Below the pieces are notes generated by a model. The model did not search any database, was not told the DNA's origin, and saw only the letters and a list, made by a program, of their open reading frames with translations. 64,000 nt of DNA from Owenia fusiformis (Eukaryota), in NCBI GenBank assembly GCA_903813345.2, contig CAIIXF020000001.1, forward strand, positions 2,976,001 through 3,040,000, written 5' to 3'. This document shows, piece by piece, positions 23,481 to 36,689 of the stretch (position 1 is its first letter; each line of letters starts with the position of its first letter). The position numbers were made by a program, and so were the translations under genes.

Positions 23481-26400
23481 TGGGTAGTGAACCTCTGGAA
23501 ACAGTTTTAGGGTCAGTTTCGGTCATATTTTTGCTGTAAACACAACACAATACGTATACTGTTTGTTGTTAGGTCACTGATTCCACTGCAACTTATATTT
23601 CACTAACACTTTTTAGCACTACAAATGGCATTAATGTTTTGTACTGATGTAAATAAAACAAAAACAAGCATTAACGTTTATCAACAGAAATGCAAAACTC
23701 GCCGTGCAGCTGCCGTAGGAAATGTGACTGCAAAGGTATCCGACCGCAGAAATTCTACGGCGAGCGTAGAAATGTTACTGACCGCAGAAATGATAGACCG
23801 TGTGGTCGCCGTGGGAAATGTGACTGGGCTGTTATCGTAAATTTTGCCATACATACTAGTGCTACATATGATTATAAATTGAAACACGATTCATATCTTA
23901 AAATTAAAAAGCTTTCGCTCGGGAATTTTTCTATTTGGGAAAATGACAATTGGAATGCTATCTCTCCTAATCCTGAACAGATACATTTATACTTGTAGGC
24001 AGTGAATCATGTCTCAAAAATAGATGAAAATGCAGAAAACATTTCAATCGACTGTGTTTGATATTATTTATATCAGAATATTTTATGATCGAGAAGAATA
24101 CCCACCTGCCAAATTGTGCAGTCAATACTGATAAAAAGTAGTGATACACAGTAGTTTACCTATGGGATAAACAGCTTCATCATGGCATTTCCTGTTCTAC
24201 CCCACCCCCCATCCTTAAGTGCAAGATGCTCAATATTTAACAAAATTAATAAACAACATTTATAGTTATAGTTTATTTTTTCGCGAATGCAACTTCGGCT
24301 GTTGGCTTCCGGATTAACCAATTATCCTGTGAGCAATGTACATTTAATTATGAATATTACTTACCAAAAATTGAAGCGGACCCTACGTGTATAAAAATGA
24401 ATGAATTTTAAAAAAGTTTTGGGCGAAAACTCGTTTTTGGGCCTGCTTTTGTCATATTGACACTCTTGGGACCTCAGGCTAAAAAACAGTTTTTATAAGC
24501 TCACACGATGTTATATTTATTGATGCCCCCAAGGATCACGGGTAATATTTTTGAGAAGTCTTTAAATACTATTAAAAAATGTAAACCCCTAGGGACATCC
24601 TTAATATTTGAGCTGAGTATGTACAACGTAGGTATAGATCATGTTAGTATGACCAACAATTCCTTGTCCAAGCAAAATATTCAATAAAATTTGGAAACAT
24701 CTATCCTTTTAACAAATAATGTACATCTTAAATGTCAACTTCTTTGCTACACAAAATTGTTTTATTCTTAGATAATGTTATTTGAAAATTATATTATTCA
24801 AAAATGTGTTGTTCTTATATATTATTGATCATTACCTATTTAAAAATATATTATTTTTGTCTTATCAATTGTCTTGTCGAGTGTGAACTGTTGTATCGCT
24901 GCATTGTCTAATCCACGTGCTGGAATCATCTTTAATATTACATCAACGTGATTGGTTTACCGACTGCCAGTTATATCCGACCCGCTATCACAATTTTGAT
25001 TAACTTTATATAAATCTAGACGATATGTAAAATAAAGTATAATTAATCTGTAAGTTGTACAGATGCGCTAAGCGTTGATTACAGACCGCTCCGAACGACA
25101 GGAAATAATACCAACCCATATTCTTGTTCTTTAAGTCTAGTTTGGCGAGGATCTAAAAGCAAAGGTGAGCATTCATTTTATTTTGTTTTTACATTCATGA
25201 TATATTTATATATATGATCACTTATTTCTTTGGAATGAGAAATCTCTATCCAGAACAGAAATGTTTGTTTTGATAGAACATTAATATAATTATTTAAACT
25301 ATTAATTCAGTAACTTGACTAGGCTCTGTATAAAAATTGATTGATTAATTAGTTAGTAACCCGCTTTTCTCAAATATGTTCAATCAAGAAAATAGTATTT
25401 TACAATACGCCATTTTTGGTTGCGTTTAACAAGATTCTGGAACTTGCGACTGAAAGTTGTAAAAGATAATTTGACAATAATATAATTAATGTTAAACGTT
25501 GCCCAGACTGATTTTACTGTTTAATTGCTGTTTAAAATTGGAAAATGTTCAGTATTTTGATTTCAGATTGTCTGACATATCAGTATTATTTAGTTTACTA
25601 AGACATAATACTTTTTTACTACAATTGGGACATGAATTCTTGAACGGGGAATTAAATGCTAAAATTAATACGTATAATGACTTTATCATTCTAAAATCGA
25701 TAAAAATTAACATCAATTGAAATATAAGAATAGATTGCTCCGTAGTTTCGTAAACTATGTATACGTTTAAAGACTTATTGGTATTTTCCATTAAGCTTAC
25801 AAGCATGTGCTAAATGTCTTAAAAACAATTGAATAAAATATAAAAAGAAATAAAAAGTGAAGTTTTGTTCATAGATCGTCTGTTGAGAATGCACAAAATA
25901 GTTCCCCGAATGTGAGAGCATGTAACTGCTCATGTGTTTATTATATAAAGATATTTTCGTAATAAGTAAATTATGAACGTTTCATTATCTTCCGGAAATA
26001 ATACCCAGTCTTGTCATTTCCAAAATTAGAAGTTTAATATATAGCCGATGAGTCACTTTAAAGTGGAATCTATTTTAAATTAAAGACTGGATGCGAATCG
26101 AAATAACCTTGATTTACAATATTTAAAGCTCAAAATTCATTCAAAGTGATATCATATTTGAAACCTTCATGTAAAAATACATCTAGAAATGTGGTTTATC
26201 AAGTGTTTATTAAAGTATTTATATAATTATCAATTTTGCAAATTTAATTTTCGTTGAAAATGTTTCTTCTAGGTCGGGGAGATTCTTCATTGATCCCATG
26301 TTGTTATATAACAAAAAGTGAAATATCTTTTGTTGTATTGGACAGATGATATTTTCTTTTAACTGGGCACATTTTACTTTGTAGTTATGTATAACTACCA

Positions 26401-28786
26401 GATACATAAGTGTAATATGAAAATTGAACCACTAATTAAAACTGATAAATATCTAAGTTATCATTATCTGATATTTAAAGGAATTTGTTTCATGAAAAGA
26501 AAATGAACAATCATATTTATCAACAATTTGAAATCTCTCTTCGTAATAAGAACGACTGAACAGTAAAAATACGCTAAATCTGAAGTTGTATTTTTAGTAT
26601 ACAAATAGTGACTGCCATTGAGGGAAATAGTACAAAATATTTTTCCCAAAGGAACGAATATCCTGTCCACTGATCACATGTTCCCGAGACTGCAGGCCGA
26701 GGGAACAGGGAACAGGGAAATTATTACACTATTTCCCGAAAATGTGGCAGTCACTATTTGTTGTTGCCTTTTTGCTCCTATAATCTCACCTATATAAAAG
26801 AATATAAAATGTATTAATGACTGGTCACATGATCTAACTGGTGATTAGTACATTTCATCGTCCCTGATATCAGGGATTTAGAACTTTCCTGGGAATTAGT
26901 TCATCTATTTCATATCACGTGACCATGAATAAGCCAATGAGCATCTAGAATACATATGAGATATATAATTATAACAACTGTTACACTATATAAAATCAGG
27001 AATTGCTCTCAAATAAGCTAGTTCATTCCTCTGATTTGTCACTTCATAAATATGAAGAGTATAAGAAACGACGAATGCATCTGTAATATATACTAAAACG
27101 AGTCCCCATAGTACGCTGGTAAATTAATTACTTCATATCATCTATTATTTCTGTTATTCATTCAATAGGCATGGTTTTGGTGATATTTTATGGCTTTTCC
27201 AAGGTAGTTAAAGGAGGATTTTTTCATCATTTTACCGTAATGAAAATCCGATCACAGCAAAATTTATTACGGCATGTGACTGTGGCAAAACAATGATATT
27301 TCAAAAAATATAAATTACTGTTTTCACAAACCAGAAAATTTGATTAAAAATGTCAACAATCGCTTGAATATGCCTTGATGGTTAAAGCAGCACGTCGATG
27401 TCATTTAATTCTATTAAACCGAATCAAATGAGCGCTGAGTGATCGTTAATTATGAGTATCTGTTCTGTAAAACACCTGATGTTAGTGTTAATTAAACTAA
27501 AATATTTATTATGACAGCATCGAACCTTGTAGCTACTGCGAAATCCTATGCCGAATTAATAGATTAACAAAACCGGCATTGTATTATATTAATTGATCGA
27601 GTGATTTTAAGCTTTCCATCAAAGAGTTTTTATTAGGCCAATTACTAGTAGAATTCCGCAATTTAATTCATGATTAATGATAATAAATATTCTCTTGATT
27701 GTTAATGCACGAATACTGATTATAACAACATTATCATGGGTTAGTCAGTAGAAAAACGTTTTCATCTATTCTTGAATTTATTTTGAAATTTTGCCGCATC
27801 TCCAAACAGTATATTCCTTAAATTATACGTCATATCACTGGAACGTTGCAATTGTGTTTATCAGATCATGCGCGTAAATCAAACGGTAACAATATACGTA
27901 ATTGTGAATGGATAGAACGTAATTATCTCAAACAACACTTGTAAACCGCACTGCCAAGCCTGTTGTAGAATGGGAATATACTTTGGCATAGGGTGTCTTT
28001 ATTAAGTTACAAATTAAAATTAATAAGTATGATCAGACGCTAGGTAATAACGTTTATTAGAGATTCATTTACAATATTTTCTTCGCCACAAGCTCGTTTA
28101 GAAACAAGAGTAATCATTTCCTTCCTTTTCGAATTAATGGCGAATGCTCTGTGAAAATATTACAGAAAACACGTCATCTACTATTGTTTTTGCAAAGATA
28201 AACTGAGACGCAACCCTAAAAATTTAACACACGACCAGTATGTAACTGGTATGCTAAAGGTATTACCTTAATACGATAGACCTAAAAATGAATAGTAAAC
28301 ACAAAACTGAAAATCTAAAATAATTAATACTCTAAAAAGGATTAATAGATTTATTTTTTGATTTTACATTTCATTTGTAACAGAACCTACCGTGCGTGCA
28401 GAGTCTAGTTAAACTACAAGAAGACGAATCTCTCTTTTAAGAAGTGAAGTCAAACGAATGCAAATGGTGAACAGAACCTCTCGATAATGATATAATAATA
28501 TATAATATCAATAACATACAGTGTATATTTATACATATCATTCTGTATATGATAGTCTTGACCCCTGATTTTTACGACCAACCAATTTCAATTTCTTTTT
28601 TGATATTTTGAACTGAACAATTGGATATTTTATACTTGACCGAGCTTTTCCTTGATGGTAAATGGGAAACTAAACATTTGTAGTTGTTTTAATTTATCGT
28701 ACTACCACAAAGGAACAAATGAATAAGTTATTAAATACTATAAAACATGCAACAGTTAGCACTGAACAATCTACTGCATTTTAGCA

Positions 28787-31700
28787 ATGACTTCTTTGCC
28801 GACTGTCGTATCTCCATTGCAAGCAAGTGGAATTGGCCGCGAGTTACTCTTGGACGAGTACATGCTGGGGAGAAGACGACAGGTTAGAACCGTTTATATT
28901 TCTTGCTCAGATTTAATTTTATAAACCCCACTCAGGTAGAAACGCAATAGAATGAAAGTTGTATTTTATTTTTAAGAATGTCCAGCTATAACAAAGAGGA
29001 GCGCATTATTTTTCTATTGTTTTTTAAGAATGTATACTTGGCAAGCTATCCAAAACCAGTCTGGCACAAAAGATGATTGACTGTCATGTGCAGTGCACTA
29101 AGCTGAACTAATTATACCCTATTCACTCTTTCAATAGTTGAATAGTAAACACAAAAGGGATCAAACTTTAAACTGTTAACCCTGTTACATACAGTGCACT
29201 GAATCTGAACCATTAGACCCACTTCTCAATACGCTTACCTCATAGTCAATACAAAAGAAATAGATTTTTCATGATCATGGACCATTTACCTTTAATAAGA
29301 CTCAGTGCCCACTGTGTGGTTTAAGTTAGATAAACCATTCGTTTTGGGTCTTAGGAGTAAATAATGGCCTTGCGCCCCCCTCTGGCCATTATTTTACGTA
29401 ATACCCAAGACCCATCGTTTATACATAACATAAACTATCAGCAATCACAGGGCAATACTTTCAGAATTTACCACTATGTGCAAGAACAATTATATTGCCA
29501 ATCTATATCATAATCCATGGCTAGATAGCATCCTCATGTTTCATTTGGTATGCAAATTATGATTTTGTATCAAAAATTAAAAAGGTTATAGCATTTTGAA
29601 GAAAGTGGCGTTTTTTGGCCCACCCTGTATATATTTGATCCAAAAACAAAGCCGGAAGGATTCCGGAATCTCAAGATTTTTAGCCATCTAGTTTGAAAAT
29701 ACGTACAGTTTAGACGGTACGCTTTAGTCTGACTTCATTATTTGTCTATTTCTCTGATCAATCCTTTTATTTCAGAGACGAAATAGAACAACATTCACTC
29801 CGCATCAACTCGCATCCCTCGAGGAACTATTTTCTAGGACGCATTACCCTGATATATTCGTCCGCGAGGAACTTGCAAATGAAGTTAACTTAACAGAGGC
29901 AAGGGTTCAGGTACCAGTAATTTTAGTCTTACTACAATTCATTGGCGGTTGATAACTAATTGCATAGTGAATTGTAATATGTGAACAAACGTATCGAGTT
30001 CAGGATTTATATTTGATTAATATAAGTGTCTGTTTCGCTAAAACAAATTAAGTTACTTATTAAGTGATCATGTTTAGAAATCTAATAACATTTCTTTTAT
30101 TACAATTTGTAACAGCCATATGTATGCATATACAGGGTAGGCCAAACAAATGTTCCTGAAATGGGACAAATACTCTTTGGGGTTTCTAGATAGACTGGTT
30201 CAACATCAAGCCAGCAGCTTCAATGAAATAGTATTAACCTGAGTCTAAAAACAGTTTTTTTTATATGTGGGCTCACTCAAACACCCGACTGATCATCTAA
30301 TTAAATCACATTTACGATCTCAGAATCTTTCTCTGTACGGGCACATTTTCCCAAATCGCCTTTTTCTTGAATCAGTTTTTGTCCATCGTACTCTTCGTCT
30401 CACATGCTTTTAAAATTTCGTTTGGTCTGAAAATAATTTCAGAATATACTGAATAACCCATCCTATTTGTTTCTTTAACGGACTGAATAATATATCTGGT
30501 ACTGGTATTTTATATGTTGTATTGAAAATTATACTGACAGCTGTATAATTTGACCCATAGTGTCTGTCAACCTTTCTTATTCAGAAACCGCAAAAGACTC
30601 ATTTATACCATTTCAGGAACAATTGTAAAAGTAATTTTACATCCCCTGTAAATCATGTTACATTCAAATAAAAAATGTAGACGTTTTGGGGCCACCCCGT
30701 ACGACTGAAAGTGCCGGTGCGTTTGTTCTCGACAATCTTAGTAGATTAAAATATTGAGCACTCCCCGCGAGTTTATCATACCAGAAGAGTTGAAAATGCA
30801 GGCAGAATCTTTTTGCTGAACACATGTGCTAGCATCATATGCTATGAAAATCTGAGCGTTGTCGAACAAATAACACATGGGACGCCAGGATCATGTATAT
30901 TTATAATACCTCATCTTCACAGAAGAAGTGAGTAGCTCCCACAATTCTTTCATAGTCTATCGTATTCGGGGATTCCCCATTACGTCATCTCCCGCATCAT
31001 CTCCAATCAAATTGCAGGATGTGATCACGTGAACAATCATGAACACGTGCTTTTGAAATCATTGGAATGGCGTTAACATCAGTTCAACATCATCATTTCA
31101 AACCGACGGTAATACTATTGAAGTTACTCGATCCATACTTGTAGAAAATACTCATAAAACTACAGCGAACATTTGGAGATCCATTTCAATGGTAAATGGA
31201 ACCTGTTAATAAAATTTGTTATCGAACGTGCCAATACGAAAGGTCATTTTTGGGAAATCCCCCCCCTCTGTCTTCTACACTAACTAACATCTACACTATC
31301 AACCGGTTCGTTTACGTCACAATTATAGTGAGAAGTTTTTTTGACCATTTTGGTTCGTTTTAGTTACCGAAATGGACCCTTTTCCATAACGAAGTGGAGG
31401 TGGGATAATTCAGGGAGGGACTTAAAGAAAACAGAAGTTTCCTTTACAGAATAAAGACACAGATGTATTCATTTAGCATGTCATGTTATTTTATACCAAC
31501 TTATGTATTAATGGGTATCACTCTTGGAGGTTGATCCAATTTATTCATTATTTCCAATTTCAAATAAATCTAATTTTAAAGGTATGGTTCCAAAATAGAC
31601 GGGCAAAATGGCGTAAGGATGTCCGCCTGAGGTATAACCGTGACACATGGAGGTCTCGCCCCTTATCACTATCTCCAGTCTCAAATCCATGGGCATCAAC

Positions 31701-32414
31701 AGCCGCGCCCTCTATAGCTAGCAGCCAAGGCTTGGGTACAACAGCCTCTGCTGAGATGATGTATACAGAAACAATGAGAGTGGCCCAGTCTTGCTTCAGA
31801 GAAAGGTGCGCATTGTGACCGTTCATCAGTATTCATTTGTAATCCAAAGAACGTTTTTTAACTCTTTTTAAAACTTAAAACATATAAAACAAACAACTTA
31901 TCAAAATATATTGCATTAAAATTATTTCTTCAACTTAACATTCAATTCACAATTTTAAGTAGAATGCGCCAACACTACACTGGCAACCAGTAGCTTGGGT
32001 TATTTGGATATAAAACCGCATACGATTATACTACAAATGGAAGTCTCTAAAACAGGATTTTTCAATGTTATTGATATTCATTTCAGTTTTTCAGCAGCGG
32101 CTGCATTTCACCACCGTGCTACCCATCCTTGTCTGCCTCTGTGTACCTGTGCAATCGGCTTAGCAGCGAGGCCTGGTGTAGCATGCACCAGCCATTGTGC
32201 TGCACACTCGACACCCAGTGTACCAACCGCGGCAGATTTCCCGGCAAAGCCAGGCACTAAAAGACCACCATTGAGCATGCACCCATGGGTACCCTTACTT
32301 GGTCCCCGGAATAACGACAAAGTTAATTCATATGACGACGATGATGTTACGGAAGATGAAAGCCCAAATCTAACATCATCGGCGGCAACCAGAGACACTC
32401 CGAGTCCCAAATAG
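28787..32414 (+). CDS. PRD-class (paired-like, Q50) homeobox gene, CG11294-family-like, 4 coding exons
   Basis: Exons 28787-28882, 29776-29910, 31582-31805, 32087-32414. Homeodomain [58 protein letters not shown], with the typical PRD-class intron at VQ|VWF. AATAAA at about 32570. Confidence 0.92.
30132..30700. mobile_element. Degenerate Tc1/mariner-type MITE in a homeobox intron
   Basis: ta|cagggtaggccaaac ... tttggggccaccccg|ta termini; inner inverted tgttcctgaaatgg / ccatttcaggaaca. Confidence 0.55.
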
Positions 32415-32888
32415 AATATCTGATACTACCGAATGAGAAAATGTATTTGTTGTGCCATCTTTTAAAAATGGTCGTTTACAATTAATTATTTGAACGTTTT
32501 AATAACATGTATATATATGTGTGTGTGATGAACTATAGTATATATGTATATGTAAGATCAAACTTTATAAATAAAAATATATATATTATATAACATATCG
32601 GTGTTCTTCTGTGATCGAATAATAGAAGATCAATAATATAGAGGTTATTTACTGGGAGGGATTCAATATGGGATTTATTCCGACGGACATGTGATAAATG
32701 AGATGTGATATATATAACTGTCTTAATGAAATCATTAGTTCAAAATCCATATCTGATTTTTGTATGAAACAAAACCAGACTATATATTTAGCCTAAAAAT
32801 TATGACTTAACTTTATGACATTTTGAAATATAAACTTTTACTGTATAACATAATCACATCAACATAAAAAAAATCAACAATACATATA

Positions 32889-33880
32889 TCGGGTGTCTCA
32901 AAAAAATGTACCCAAAAGTAAATCAAGAGCACAGATAAAACAATCAATATTTTCACACATTTTTTGCATGGTCATGTAGCTAAAACATTAAAATTTTCTC
33001 CCCAATACACCATTTTTAATTCAGTCTTTTCTTTATGATGCTTTAACCCTTTACCTTTTACACCACATAATCGATGTAACCTCATATTTCGATGACAGCC
33101 TGTATCCTTACTGCTACATTGTTCATCACATTTGATAATAATTCAGGTGGAATATTTTGGATTTCTCTTTGAATGTTGCCCTTAAGTTGTTCTAGGTCTT
33201 TTTGCTTGGAATGAGCATTAAAACATTCCTGCAAATAGCCACAGAGAAAGATGTTTGAGGATGACAATGGCAGAACAAATGCAGATAATCAGGTCAATTA
33301 TCGGCAAATGATTCAGGAGTTACCTTTCAGAGTTAGGCAGGCTAAGCTGGAGACCAAATGATATCCAAATGAAAACACAGTGGTCTCAAATTTATACACA
33401 CAACAAAAGCTACACTAGAATCCCAACCAATGCAGTGTCTTGTACCTCTGACCTCCCTGTATAAGGGGGCTATAAGACATTGTGAGAGCCTCCCTATTCA
33501 CCATATTTGACGGCCCATACTTTTTTCTCTGAGGCTATTTGAAGGACCATTTTTATGCTAAACCCAAGCTAAGAGACCTAGAACAACTTAAGACCAGCAT
33601 CCGAACAGAAATCAAAACATTCCACAAGAAATATCAAATGTGGTGAACAATGTAGTAGTAAGGATGCAGACTGTCATCGAAATATGAGGTTACATTGAAT
33701 ATGTGGGGTAAAAAGTAACGGGTTAAAGTATCAAAAAGGCAAAACTGAATTAAAAACTGTGTATAGGGGAAAAAACTTTCATCTTTTATCTACAAGACCA
33801 TGCAAAAAATGTCTGAAAATATTGATTGGTTTGTCTATGGTGTTGATATACTTTTGGGTACATTTTTTTGAGACACCCTA
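32889..33880. mobile_element. Tc1/mariner-derived foldback element with long TIRs and TA TSD
   Basis: Termini gggtgtctcaaaaaaatgtacccaaaagta / tacttttgggtacatttttttgagacaccc. Arms of about 350 bp each carry a decayed transposase C-terminus (FLCGYL...KDLEQLKGNIQREIQNIPPELLSNVMNNVAVRIQAVIE). Confidence 0.88.
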
Positions 33881-34113
33881 TACATGTTCATCACAGGGCA
33901 TTATCTTATTGCTCTCATTGCCCAGATTTCTATGACGTTGACTGTCTGTGTAAGCACGATGATGAAATTACAATTCGCCCATAGTTCAAAATCTCTTCTC
34001 AATTTTTATTTGGAAAATATCGTTTCTCACATGAGAATATCATTATAGCACGCTACGTACAGTATATCGACCCAACTGAACGAAATAGGAAGCTTTATTC
34101 GGCAAAATTCCCG

Positions 34114-34845
34114 GGAGGTGAATACTATTTTCGTGAGGGGGATTGAGAGGTGAATACCATTTTTCTGAGAAGGATTGAGAGGTGAATACTATTTTCGTGA
34201 GGGGGATTGAGAGGTGAATACCATTTTTCTGAGAGGGATTGAGAGGTGAATACTATTTTCGTGAGGGGGATTGAGAGGTGAATACCATTTTTCTGAGAGG
34301 GATTGAGAGGTGAATACTATTTTCGTGAGGGGAATTGAGAGGTTAATACCATCTTCCTGAGGGGGATTGAGAGGTGAATACTATTTTCGTGAGGGGGATT
34401 GAGAGGTGAATACCATTTTAGTGAAGGGGATTGAGAGGTGAATACCATTTTTCTGAGAGGGATTGGGAGGTGAATACTATTTTCGTGAGGGGAATTGAGA
34501 GGTAAATACCATCTTCCTGAGGGGGATTGAAAGGTGAATACTATTTTCGTGAGGGGGATTGAGGGGTGAATACCATTTTAGTGAAGGGGATTGAAAGGTG
34601 AATACCATTTTTCTGAGAGGGATTGAGAGGTGAATACTATTTTCGTGAGGGGGATTGAGAGGTGAATACCATTTTCCTGAGGGGGATTGAGAGGTGAATA
34701 CTATTTTCGTGAGGGGGATTGAGAGGTGAATACTATTTTCGTGAGGGGGATTGAGAGGTAAATACCATTTTCCTGAGGGGGATTGAGAGGTGAATACTAT
34801 TTTCGTGAGGGGGATTGAGAGGTGAATACCATTTACGTGAGCGGG
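34114..34845. repeat. G-rich minisatellite, 32-bp unit, about 23 copies
   Basis: Unit gagaggtgaatac(t/c)atttt(cg/tc)tgag(g/a)gggatt repeated head to tail with no unique spacers. Confidence 0.97.
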
Positions 34846-35348
34846 ATATTGATTGGGTGGGACAATAATTTTTTTATATCAAAAATAGTCACCGGGAAGT
34901 AGTAATTTGGGATTAAACTTGCTTAATATATTCCTAGGGAATAGAGTATTGAATAAATATTCTCATTGATTTATTCCAATAGATACCTAGCAACAGTGGT
35001 TACCATGGCAATGGTTGCTAGGGGTCCGTCGAGCAGCTAAAAATGACAAGAAATCAAGAAACTTTTTACCATGTAACCATACCTATCTTGTATATGTGAC
35101 ATTTTATATGTCTTTGGCTGAAATAATCATGAATTCTAAAGTCGATGTTAACAAAATACAATTAAATCAAGGGAATACCAGTATTAGAAACCTACAGGGG
35201 CCTAAAGGAGGTGTATGGACGAGATAATGTGAAGCCTTCAACGATGTTGGTATCCTGCCTTTTGAAATAATGGAAGCCACACAGTTTTTGATGCTTCTGG
35301 TCGCAAACCTGAAATACTGCTCCCAGCAAAGGGGGTTGTACAACTCAT

Positions 35349-35421
35349 GGGCGCATGGCGCAATGGATAACGCGTCTGTCTACGGAACAGAAGATTCCAG
35401 GTTCGAGTCCTGGTGCGCTCG
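35349..35421 (+). tRNA. tRNA-Arg, anticodon ACG
   Basis: GGGCGCA TGGCGCAATGGATAACGCG TCTGT CTACGGA ACAGA AGATT CCAGG TTCGAGT CCTGG TGCGCTC G: 73 nt, acceptor, anticodon and T stems all pair, A and B boxes present, T-run about 20 nt downstream. Confidence 0.95.
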
Positions 35422-35484
35422 GTTTAGTTTAATCCATCATTTTTGGCCTCAGGTGCAAGAATATACAAATGCACATGAGCAGTG

Positions 35485-35711
35485 CAGGCCTCCTAGGCTT
35501 CCATCAACGCGAACATCAATTCTGACGTCGCGAACAACGTTCCTTGCACTCAAACCACGATTCTCACATCGTGAACGTAAAATCTTTTGTCGCGCACCAC
35601 TATTTCCTCGCTCCCGAACATATTTCTCAACTCACGCACAGAGATCCGTACTCGCGAACCACTTTGTGCGTCAGAACTGATGTCCGCCATGATGGAAGTC
35701 TAGGAGGCCTG
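35485..35711. mobile_element. MITE with CAGG termini (hAT-like)
   Basis: caggcctcctaggcttccatca...catcaattctgacg vs cgtcagaactgatg...tgatggaagtctaggaggcctg; flanks cagtg / aagtg. Confidence 0.75.
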
Positions 35712-36172
35712 AAGTGGAAAATGGCTGCTTTATCTGTTTATTGCGTCAGTAAAACCTAACAAATAAGTATTCAAGAGATAACAATGTCGTAATATATTGA
35801 AAAATATGGTCATAGTTTACAGGAATGTCATCTGTGAATAATAACGGGTTATACTCTGTCTATTTAGCAGCAAATAATAATGACCGCGACGATAGATCTG
35901 TTCGCTTCTTCAACCGAGCGGCCTTATGTTATGGGTTATGGATTAACTACGAGTACTGGGTTTTAGAAGAAATAATAGCCTTGGCCGAGGCTATCAGTTC
36001 TCGTAAACTAATATCCCACACTGACTTTTATAAAAGTTAAATGGCCCATGATAGATCCAATTTTAGGAAAATTTGATTTCTTTTGTAAACAGGTTGTTCC
36101 TTTACAACTAAAATGCCGAGTTAACTTGTATTCGCGAATTCAACTGTCGGTTGACGGATTAACCTACTACAG

Positions 36173-36689
36173 CACTGTTCCACAACTTGTTACTTTGACG
36201 GAACGTCAATGTAACAAAATGGATGAACTTTCTGGATACGAGTTTTTTTGTTTTCTCGATTTAAACTTACGTATAAGTCATGTTGCGGATTATCATTTGG
36301 CACAAAGTTAGACAATATAGTCTAGCTATTTGAAATACTCTCGGTTTGTAATTTGATTTTTAAATAAAGCTGTAATTCATGCATTTAGACCATCGCTTTT
36401 GTTACATTGATGTAGGTCGTCAAAGTAACATACATTGGTAACATAACTGAGTTTCGTCAATGTAACAAAAGCGAGGGGGTAAATATATAAATTGCAACTT
36501 CATTTACAAAGCAAATTACAAATCGAAGACACTTAAATTAAAACTAGACTATATTTTCTAGCTTTGTGACAAATTATAATCTGCAGCTTGACTTAAGGAG
36601 GTTTAAATCGAGAAAAGAGAAAACTCGTAAAGAGGAAGTTCATTTTGTTACATTGACGTTCCGTCAAAGTATCTAGTTGTGGAACAGTG
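36173..36689. mobile_element. Foldback MITE with CACTG termini
   Basis: cactgttccacaact..tactttgacggaacgtcaatgtaacaaaatg is mirrored at 36641-36689, and the arms extend about 240 bp. No clear TSD. Confidence 0.8.

Noticed and set aside
34114-34845. CRISPR-like array
   Set aside because: Units are contiguous with no unique spacers, there are no cas genes, and the context is eukaryotic; it is a minisatellite.
35270-35759. 136-aa and 71-aa ORFs
   Set aside because: They overlap the tRNA and a MITE and show no recognisable protein motif.
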